Positions 1 to 8,275 are shown, counted from the stretch's first letter. The stretch is DNA of 9,065 nt from Azolla caroliniana (GCA_043228905.1 JBHGNT010001392.1:1-9065), one strand, 5' to 3'. A program made the numbers and translations. The notes: generated from the sequence alone by a model not told the origin.

Positions 1-590
1 TAAGATGACAACCTCGTGAATCCCACGAGTTTAGTGTAATTAAAACAATATTTAGATTATTAGAGCAATTAGATGGCAAAAATTCGTGAATCCCACGAAT
101 CTATTAGATTGATCAATTCTTCTATATTAATCAACAACCATATACATATTTCTCTCCTCCTTATATAAAGATGGAAGAGGCTAAGCATGGCTTCATCCTT
201 TTTCACCTAAAGTGTCCATGCACACTAAATGTGCATGTGATGCTTTGTCATTTCCTAAATATAGGGCTCATGCACGCTAGATGTGCATGAGTCACTTTTA
301 ATGTCACGTGTAAATAAAATATTCACACTCTAAAGAATACATGATTTTTACCTTTTTATAAAGGTATGTGTAAATAAAGGTCTTATATGTATTAAATCTA
401 TATTTATAAAACTAAAGATAAATTATTACAATGGTAAAGTTGGGGTTTATCTACGTGGAGGTGCATGGTTCGAATCTTGCCCTTTGCACATGATAAATTC
501 TTTTGATATATTATTTATTTATTTATATGTATCTAAAATCGGATATATTATTTTATGGTTTTCACGTAGTGTGTGGAATACACTACGACA
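1..590 (-). repeat. 3' LTR of element 1 (partial, about 115 bp lie outside the window)
   Basis: Matches 6373-6962 at offset 6372 with 9 substitutions and no indels; begins TGTCGTAGTG on the minus strand right after a purine tract. Confidence 0.96.
424..504 (+). other. Degenerate tRNA-like sequence with Pol III A-box and B-box inside the LTR (second copy 6796-6876)
   Basis: TATTACAATGGTAAAGT, then GAGGT, then GGTTCGAATCT; the G18-to-G53 equivalents (433 and 468) are 35 nt apart as in tRNA; TTTT at 501-504. Confidence 0.5.
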
Positions 591-2711
591 TTCGCCCCCT
601 CCGAACCCGCACATCCTCCGGTATGTGCCGAAGTTCTCGATCCCCCATATCCGTCTTCACCCAGAGCTTCCTCCGATTCTCCCCTTATGTCGACTATGAG
701 TTGTAATTCACTTTCTTCGCTTCCCGCATCACCGTGGTCTTCGTCCGATTGCTCCTCGTTGTCGGCCTTGGCTTGGATCACATAGGGTTTGTCGTCGGTC
801 CGCTTCTTGAAAATCTTCACCCGCTTCCCGGCTATAGGCACTTGTAGTATTGTTCCATCCAACTCGGACAGTCGGTACGTTCCGTTGTCGAAGACTTTCC
901 GAACCTCGTATGGCCCGAACCACCTTTTCGCGAATTTCCGCATCGTTGTATGTTGATGGTCCAAACTACTGTCATAGACGATCACCCAATCTCCTTCTTC
1001 AATCCTCCTCGGTCGTAGTCGGTGCTTTGTGTCGAACCGGCTTTTGTTCCTTAATCGTGCTTCTTGTTGTCGGCGTATTGCTTCCGCTATGTCTGCCGGT
1101 CTTCCCTCTAGTTGTCGTATCCGGACCGCTAGTAGTTCTTCCCGGCTCATCTCTTCCTTCCACGGTAGCACTGTCCATGTTGCGATCGCGGTTTCCGTCG
1201 GCATTACCGGTGCTTGTCCGGTCATGAGTTCTGCCGGCATGTAACCGGTTATGGAGCTATGCGTCGTCCGATCCGCCCATAGTGCATACGGAAGCATCTG
1301 CGGCCAGTCCTTCACCTTTCCATCGCATGCCTTTGCAAGTGCTTTCACGATCGGACTATGTCCTCGTTCGATTTTCCCGTTGGCCTCCGGATTGTATGCC
1401 GTTGTCAGCGATAACCGAACTCCGTGTTTGGCGAAGAATCCCCTAGCTTTGTCCGAGTCAAGTTCTCCCCGGTCCGCAATCACTTGTCCTACGCACCCAT
1501 ACCTACAAAATACTTCCTCCAAAAGAAATTGGCATACCGCGGAACACGTTTTCCTCTGAAGCGCTCGACCTTCTACTTGATTCGTGAGATCTTCCCGAGC
1601 TAATACCAAGTATTTCTTTTGTCCGATCCCGGTCGGCATGGCCACTATGTCAACCATCCACTTGAAGTTGATTGCCGGTGAGAATGTCGGATGTAACTCA
1701 TCTCGATGTCGAACCCCGGAGTAGACTTGACATTTCTCGCAGCTTTCCGTGAACTCCGCGACATCTTTGTACATTTTCTTCCACCAATATTTTTGCTTGA
1801 TCTTCACAAATGTTGCCCATGTTCCTCGGTGTCCAGCCCAATCGGATTCGTGAAACTCAGACATTATCCGGTCTTGTTGCTCTTTTGTCCCGACTACTCG
1901 AAGTGGTATACCATCCGGTCTTTTCGGCGCCCTCCATATTAATCCGTTTTCCAAGAAGAACTTTTGGACTTGCCTCTTCTTCCTTCGGATCTCGGCTCTT
2001 CTTCCTTTATCGTTTGTTGGATCCTCGGCCTCTTGTAACATCTTTCCGATCATCAAGCTTTCTCCCTCGTATTCTTCTTCCCAGAATTCTCGGATTACGT
2101 TTACTCGGCATATGTGCTCCGACGCGAAGTAGTCTTCGGAAACTTCTTCATTATCCGATTCGGTTATGTCGTCTCCGAACCGAGCCCTTGATAACATATC
2201 TGCTACCGCGTTGTCCTTCCCCGAGATGTGTCGAACCTCCGGATTAAGTGACTTGACATATGCAACCCACCTTAGCATAGCTACATCCGGTATCGTACAA
2301 CACCGCATCATCCCGAGTATCGGAAGACAATCCGTCTCGATCACCACTTCGGCTCCGATCAAATAATCCCGATCCGATTTTATCGCCGACACGACTCCCC
2401 ACAGTTCTCTTTTGACTTGTGCATATCCACGTTGCCTTTCGTTGAGAACCTTTGCTCCGAATCGGATCGGATACCGCGAACCATCCGAGTCGGCTTGATT
2501 GATGACCCACCCGATACCGGTTGGACTTGTATCAACCGTTACTATGATCGGTCGGTCATAGCTCGGCTTCTTAAGTGCTTCCGCCCTCCGAAGTGTCTTC
2601 TTCAATTTCTTCATGGCTTTGGTGTGTTCCGGTTTCCATTCGAATTTCTTACCTTTCCGCAACAAGTGGTAGAGCGGGTCCGCTATATGTGCATAGTGAT
2701 AGAATGCACAT
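548..2711 (-). CDS. pol: Pol part 2: RT connection, RNase H, integrase (HHCC, DDE, GPY/F)
   Basis: RNase H: VDTS, KRELWG, ETDC, NAVADMLSR. Integrase: HESDWAGH...CEKC, VDIV / ADRGE / NGKIER, WFGPYEV. Acidic tail with no chromodomain; ORF runs 43 bp into the LTR. Confidence 0.93.
591..602 (-). promoter_or_regulatory. Polypurine tract of element 1
   Basis: GGAGGGGGCGAA immediately before the TGTCGT start of the 3' LTR. Confidence 0.8.
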
Positions 2712-2727
2712 GTGATAGAATGCACAT
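2696..2727. repeat. Perfect 16-bp tandem duplication causing the pol frameshift
   Basis: GTGATAGAATGCACAT at 2696-2711 and 2712-2727, located where RT homology changes frame. Confidence 0.9.
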
Positions 2728-4185
2728 GCACCGAGAAACCTTCGGACTTCGGATGTTGACTCGCATACTTCCTCCATAGCTTGAATCGCATCGATCTTTG
2801 TTGGTGACGGTCTTCGGCCGTAGGGCCCACATAGATGTCTGACCACCAATATTTCTTCTTGCCCGAATGCCGATTTCTCCCCGGAAAGTGTTAGGTGCAC
2901 ATCTTCTAGCTTTCGCAACACTTTCTCGCAATCATGAATATGGTCGACCACGAACTTTCGGCATCCCCGATCATCCATAGTCTCATCTTTTTCTTCTACC
3001 GCGCATCCTTTCATCGGAATGTCATCGAGGAACGGCATCGTTATCTCCGGAATGCAGTCTCGAAGCACCTTGTTCATCGCGTTCATCATATGAGCAACCG
3101 AGTTTGTCGCTCCTTGTGGTAGTGTGCACATTCGGACCAATCCTATCGGTGTTCGCATGGTTGTGATGTCTCGGCTCTCCACGGCTAGTTGGAATTGGTC
3201 ATACCCCGAGTATAGGTCTCCGATGGAGTATATCGCACGACCGGAAAAAGCTTCCGCAAATTCGTCCACTACCGGACCGACTCCCGAGTTCCGGATCGTG
3301 ACCTTATTCACCGGTTGCAAGTCTTGGATAAATCGGAGTGACCCATTCTTCTTCGGAACTGTAAACCATCGATTTGAGTACGGAGCAGTTGATGGCTCTA
3401 GAATCCCCATCGCCACCTTCTCTTTGAGCAAGTCAATGACTCTCGGAATATGCGCTCGTGGCACCGGAATCGGCTTCAGGTTCCACGGTACATGGTCAAT
3501 CGTGAAGATCACCATCGGCTCCACTACTCTCGGATCAACGCACCCTATCTCCCTTGATGTAAATGCAAACGCTTTGCCGTGTTGCTCCAACATCTCGCGA
3601 AACCGTTCTTCTTCTTTTTGTAATAGGAACCCACCTCCACCGAACCGAAGTTTCTTCCGGGTCTCATCCGTGAAGGCATGTCCGATATCCACGGTCTTCC
3701 GAAGTGTCGGATCTCCCGAGACTTCTTTCCTCTTTTGTTCGCTATCGGCGGGTAGTGGTCCCGCGGCCGGTTTCACCTTCTTCTCCACGGTCTTGTATTT
3801 CGTACTTACCATTGCTTCTTCTTTGCGGAGCGTATCCGGCTCCATTTTCGCAATGATCTCGTACATCTCGACCGATTCCACCGGGACTACCCGGTTCCCT
3901 TGGCTTTTATCTTCCGCAAGCTCTTCAAGTCGTTGTAGCGTGCTCTCATAGAACACTTCTTCGACTATCCCCACGATTTCTTCATCTTCTTTTATTATTG
4001 ATGCCGACCGCAACTTATCCTCCACTTGTCGGTATCCTTTCTTCAATCCTCCGATTACGGTCGTGTACGTAGATGCCCCATCCGGACCGATTCGTATATG
4101 TTTTGCTCCGAGAGTTTTCTTCCTGTGTGGGGTATCAGGGCTTCTCGGACTATCACTTCCCCACTCCGCAACAGTCCGCTTTAAA
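2712..4185 (-). CDS. pol: Pol part 1: reverse transcriptase (frame open from the slippery site; broken by a frameshift near 2700-2727)
   Basis: Motifs PYSNRWFTVPKKNGSLRFIQDLQPVN, DLYSGYDQ, LPQGATNS, FLDD (3021-3032), VRRFLGAC. Manual translation shows no stop from 4185 to the ORF-track start at 4046. Confidence 0.92.
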
Positions 4186-4190
4186 AATCC
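4127..4190 (-). promoter_or_regulatory. Candidate -1 programmed ribosomal frameshift signal (G GAU UUU UAA plus H-type pseudoknot)
   Basis: Heptamer 4190-4184 directly before the PR stop; the RT frame is -1; 11-bp stem 4178-4168/4156-4146; loop GTGGGG can pair with CCCCAC 4132-4127. Confidence 0.75.
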
Positions 4191-5029
4191 ATTCTCACTT
4201 GGGACAAGAGTTCCCTCTTGTTCCTTTCGTGATTTGCCGGCACCGTTAGAAATTGGACGGATTTCCCACCGTTTTGGCTCTGAATTCGTGCAAAAGCCGC
4301 ACCGCTATCGAGCACCTTCGTCTCCATCCGTGATGCCGTGATAAAGGGTTGGCTGAGGATGACGGAATGTGAAACCTCATCTTGCACGAAGAAATTTTGG
4401 TCGATCTCGACATCCCCGATCTTCACCGTCACATCCGGACAAGCCGCAAATAGATCTTCCGTTGCTTTGGTGGCCGCCCGAATCTTCCATCCATGGTTGG
4501 TGTTAATAGGCCACTTCCCCTTCCGGTAGAACTCCTTGGACATCAAGTTGATCTCCGATCCGTGATCAATCAATGCTAGCACGGGTTCTTTGATGTTGCC
4601 GATTCGGACTGGAGACTCCGTAGTCGCGCGTGCCCAATGTGGCCTTGTATAGTGGGAGTTCGGAATTTCGTCCTCCACTTCGGTGTCGTTCATTAAAACG
4701 GTGTTCCCATTCACCCTTGGAGCATTTTCCTCCGTACTTTGTCTTTTTCGCTTCACGAGATCCACGAGAAGATCGTGGAACTCCTTCTTTGCTATTCCGA
4801 GTAGCTCCCGAAGCGAGAAATCTACCCGGCTATCCAAGATTCTATCCTCGAACACTCTTTTCAAGTCGGTTTGTTGTTCTATGTCCGAGGTGAGCTTGAA
4901 TGCCGGAGTCGCCTTTTCTTTTCCCTTACCTCCGGAGTTCCAACTTCCCGGTATCTTCGATGGCCCAGCCGCATCCTCCGTGCGTCGTCGTTTCTCGTCC
5001 ACATACACCTTATGCAATTGACACAGGGC
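4181..5029 (-). CDS. Gag C-terminal linker plus retropepsin-like aspartic protease (probably once continuous with gag)
   Basis: VLALIDHGSEINLM active-site motif (4559-4567) and VILSQPF (ILGxPF-like); the frame is closed upstream by TAG at 5033-5035, so it joins gag through an indel near 5030. Confidence 0.85.
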   Translation of the reverse strand, partial: ALCQLHKVYVDEKRRRTEDAAGPSKIPGSWNSGGKGKEKATPAFKLTSDIEQQTDLKRVFEDRILDSRVDFSLRELLGIAKKEFHDLLVDLVKRKRQSTEENAPRVNGNTVLMNDTEVEDEIPNSHYTRPHWARATTESPVRIGNIKEPVLALIDHGSEINLMSKEFYRKGKWPINTNHGWKIRAATKATEDLFAACPDVTVKIGDVEIDQNFFVQDEVSHSVILSQPFITASRMETKVLDSGAAFARIQSQNGGKSVQFLTVPANHERNKRELLSQVRMDF

Positions 5030-5055
5030 GCGCTATTTTTGTCGACAAGGCACTC

Positions 5056-6219
5056 TCATCCCGTAGCTTCCCGGACGCCTTCCGCGGTGCTTCGGATCTC
5101 GTTGGAGTCGGTTTTCTCGGTGTTTTCTAGAACCTCCGGCCAAAAAGACGTCTTTGCTCTCGATGACTCCCCGACACATATTCCCGCGGTTGTCGCATAG
5201 TTGCTTCTTGCCGCCAATTCCTCCTCGAGCACCTTCTTCATGCCGCCTTTCCGGAAGTTCGGTCGGAGTGGCTTCCGAGAGTCCATCGAATGAATCCGGT
5301 TTCCCTCGTAGTAGATGAGATCCTGCCGTAGCGCCTCCTTATGCTCGTCGCAATCCCTCCGATCGTGTTCGGCGCTATCGCACCATATGCACCGTCGGTC
5401 CGTATACTTGGAGCTTGTGGGGCGGTCATCCGACTTCTTCACCATCGCGATCTTCAGATTCTCCATCTCCTTCAATAGTTGCTCCACCGTAGATGCATCA
5501 ATCCCCTTCTCGGTTGTAGTCTCTCGAGCCCTCAGTTGATGGTCTTCCAATCCGGTTCTCGGTTTCGGAATCGGTTCCGAAACCCTCTTTTCCTCGTCGG
5601 CAAGCCATTGCCCCCTCTTCGTGTATCGCGCGACGATATCCCGCACGCTTTCCCATGTTTCGGTGAGGCCGCTCTCCGTGGTCGTGTCCTCCAAGAGCAC
5701 TCCGAGATCTTTCCGGTCCCGGACGTCCACGGCTCGCAAGAACATGATCACCTTGTCTGGTACGAGGATAGCTTGATCTCTCGCGGACAATCTCCCGAAC
5801 CGGCTTTCGAATGCCGAAAACACATCAACGACCTTCAATCCCTTGTCCGGCGTCTCCACCCAATCTTCGAATCCCCTTCGCGTCGCCTTGGACGAATCCT
5901 CGATGGCGAACATCCTCTTTAGCTCTACTTCAAACGCCTCCCATGTCGGATTTTGCTGTCGTAGCCCATGGATGCTTGCTTGAAGCCCGTCGGTCGCCAC
6001 CCGGTTGAAGGACGTCACTTGCAGTCCTTCCGATATTCTGCACCGTAGCATCTCCGCCTTGTAGTCCCGAAGATACCGCGACACGTCTTTCCCGTTGAAT
6101 TGCCCGTTTCGTTGCACGAGCCGCTCCACTGATGCCGCTATCTCCGACATCGCGCGTTGTTCTTGTAGCATGCGCTCGAACATCATCATCATGTTGCTAG
6201 CCTCCGGTTGATTTTCCAT
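5056..6219 (-). CDS. gag: Gag with CCHC zinc knuckle; ends at a probable premature TGA
   Basis: First ORF after the PBS, first ATG at 6219; CIWCDSAEHDRRDC = CX2CX4HX4C at 5350-5391. Confidence 0.88.
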   Translation of the reverse strand: MENQPEASNMMMMFERMLQEQRAMSEIAASVERLVQRNGQFNGKDVSRYLRDYKAEMLRCRISEGLQVTSFNRVATDGLQASIHGLRQQNPTWEAFEVELKRMFAIEDSSKATRRGFEDWVETPDKGLKVVDVFSAFESRFGRLSARDQAILVPDKVIMFLRAVDVRDRKDLGVLLEDTTTESGLTETWESVRDIVARYTKRGQWLADEEKRVSEPIPKPRTGLEDHQLRARETTTEKGIDASTVEQLLKEMENLKIAMVKKSDDRPTSSKYTDRRCIWCDSAEHDRRDCDEHKEALRQDLIYYEGNRIHSMDSRKPLRPNFRKGGMKKVLEEELAARSNYATTAGICVGESSRAKTSFWPEVLENTEKTDSNEIRSTAEGVREATG

Positions 6220-6235
6220 CTCCTTGCCACCCGTC

Positions 6236-6253
6236 TTCACGTCGGGTTCACCA
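6236..6253 (-). promoter_or_regulatory. Primer binding site complementary to tRNA-Trp 3' end
   Basis: Minus strand TGGTGAACCCGACGTGAA; its complement TTCACGTCGGGTTCACCA matches the 3' 18 nt of plant cytosolic tRNA-Trp(CCA) as I recall it. Confidence 0.9.
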
Positions 6254-6257
6254 ACTG

Positions 6258-6962
6258 TGTCGTGCCCTTCGGCTCCGGATCGTTGCGTGAGTCGGGTGGG
6301 AACCGCCGAGGTTTTTGACTAGGAGGAAGAGGAATACAACTTAAGGCTAGTTATGAATAGTGGAAAGAGAAGTAAGATGACAACCTCGTGAATCCCACGA
6401 GTTTAGTGTAATTAAAACAATATTTAGATTATTAGAGCAATTAGATGGCAAAAATTCGTGAATCCCACGAATCTATTAGATTGATCAATTCTTCTATATT
6501 AATCAACAACCATATACATATTTCTCTCCTCCTTATATAAAGATGGAAGAGGCTAAGCATGGCTTCATCCTTTTTCACCTAAAGTGTCCATGCACACTAA
6601 ATGTGCATGTGATGCTTTGTCATTTCCTAAATATAGGGCTCATGCACGCTAGATGTGCATGAGTCACTTTTAATGTCACGTGTAAATAAAATATTCACAC
6701 TCTAAAGAATACATGATTTTTACGTTTTAATAAAGGTATGTGTAAATAAAGGTCTTATACGTATTAAATCTATATTTATAACACTAAAGATAAGTTATTA
6801 CAATGGTAAAGTTGGGGTTTATCTACATGGAGGTGCATGGTTCAAATCTTGCCCTATGCACGTGATAAATTCTTTTGATATATTATTTATTTATTTATAT
6901 GTATCTAAAATCGGATATATTATTTTATGGTTTTCACGTAGTGTGTGGAATACACTACGACA
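6258..6962 (-). repeat. 5' LTR of element 1 (705 bp)
   Basis: Minus strand starts TGTCGT (6962) and ends ACGACA (6258), a 6-bp terminal inverted repeat with TG...CA; PBS follows after 4 nt. The inner end could alternatively be 6256. Confidence 0.93.
6533..6539 (-). promoter_or_regulatory. Putative TATA box of element 1 LTR (second copy at 161-167)
   Basis: Minus strand TATATAAGGAGGAG; similar context to TATAAAAGGAGG in the element 2 LTR. Confidence 0.6.
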
Positions 6963-8227
6963 GCGTACAAGTACTTCCTACGAGGGGGATTCCTCTGGAG
7001 GCACCCGAAGAGAAGGACGGGGACGCCACAACGAGTGGTCATAAAGGAAGAAGACCAGACAACATTGGTGTGTGAGTTCCACGAGAATCCTTGGGCGGGC
7101 CATAGAGGGACGTGGGCAACATTCAAGAAGTTAAAGGAGAAGTATTGGTGGCCGGGAATGTACAAGGATGTCGCCCATTTCGTGGGGACGTGTGAAAGCT
7201 GCTAGATACACTCCAAGATACGCCATAGGGATGAGTTGCACCCGACCTACCCACTTACCATACACTTCAAATGGAAGGTGGATTTGGTTTCGATGCCGAT
7301 GGGAGTGGGCCAAATGAAATATTTGGTGCTAGCAAGAGAAGACCTAACAAACCAAGTAGAACGATGAGCCTTGGCAAACAAAAGGACGGCGGGGGTGTGT
7401 AAATTCTTACTTGAGGATGTCATCTGCCGGTACGGAAGTGTGGGAAAGATAATGGCCGACAGAGGAGAGTTGAATGCTCACGAAGCTATAGAGCTCTTTG
7501 AACGACTTGGAGTGAAGCTCTCTCTCACGACCGCTTATAACCCCGAGGCTAATAGAAACATAGAACGCGACACGTGCCTATCATAAAAGCCATTGTAAGA
7601 GCTTGCGATGGGCGAGTCGGAAATTGGCCTCGGTTACTACCTTATGCCTTGTGGGGCGACAAAACAACTCATAGCTCAAATACAGGTTTCATGCCAGCTA
7701 AACTCATGTACGGACAAAAGCCGGTGATGCCCATTGAAGACACGATCGCGTCATGGGTAGCGATGTTGTGGGAAGATGAGATGAGTCGGGAAGAGCTTCT
7801 AGCAACAAGGATAAGGCAACTTGAGAGAAGACCCAAAGATTTGGAGTTGGCAAAGGAGAGGTTAGAAGCGGCTAGACTAAGTAACAAAGCCCGGTTCGAC
7901 AAGACACACCGACTACGCCCTCGAAAGATCGAAAAAGGAGACTGGGTGATTGTATATGATAGTAGTCTCGACAATCAACATAGCTCGATGCCGAAATTCG
8001 CAAAGCGATGGTTCGGGCCGTACGTGGTAACGAGTGCAAACGATAATGCTACCTACCATCTCGCTGAACTCGATGGGACTAAGCTGGCTATACCAATAGC
8101 CGAGAAGCGGGTCAAAATCTTCAAAAAGCGACACAACAAGGAGCCAAACCTCGATGACCTTGACGAAGATAAAGGCGAGCAAACACCAAGCCACGGAGTC
8201 AATGAGGAGGAGGAAATGAACTATTGA
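6963..8227 (+). pseudogene. pol: Integrase pseudogene of element 2
   Basis: HENPWAGH...CESC, KWKVDLV, ADRGE, NPEAN, WFGPYVV; stops TAG 7203-7205 and TGA 7365-7367, and a 1-bp deletion near 7569 (ER-GH). Confidence 0.92.
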
Positions 8228-8275
8228 CCACCCTCAGCCCACCATTCTTGGCACATACCGGAGGATGTGCGGTTT

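Larger units (their letters stand above)
1..6962 (-). mobile_element. Ty3/Gypsy LTR retrotransposon (element 1), near full length, no chromodomain seen; 3' LTR truncated by window start
   Basis: Direct repeats 1-590 and 6373-6962; PBS and PPT next to the LTRs; domain order gag-PR-RT-RH-IN on the minus strand, which is the Gypsy order. Confidence 0.97.

Noticed and set aside
13-100. CRISPR-like palindromic repeats
   Set aside because: Only two short copies, inside a eukaryotic LTR, with no cas genes.
417-490. Functional tRNA gene
   Set aside because: Acceptor, D and anticodon stems do not pair; kept only as a degenerate tRNA-like module.
484-706. Short ORFs starting in the LTR (also 6856-7075)
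   Set aside because: AT-rich LTR sequence read across junctions; the two copies diverge exactly at the LTR boundary.
548-800. Chromodomain or env-like gene after integrase
   Set aside because: The tail is acidic and low-complexity, without chromodomain aromatic-cage motifs, and there is no room for an extra ORF.
2712-2830. N-terminal ~40 aa of the 760-aa ORF as a real protein start
   Set aside because: This segment is out-of-frame RT sequence upstream of the frameshift; homology in this frame starts near CAFYHYAH.
3124-3951. 275-aa plus-strand ORF
   Set aside because: Codon-aligned antisense shadow of RT with no recognisable motifs and a non-ATG start.
5030-5058. Programmed readthrough or frameshift at the gag TGA
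   Set aside because: It would need both readthrough and a shift within 30 nt. Slipping at C AAA AAT meets TAG at once, so two mutations are the simpler explanation.
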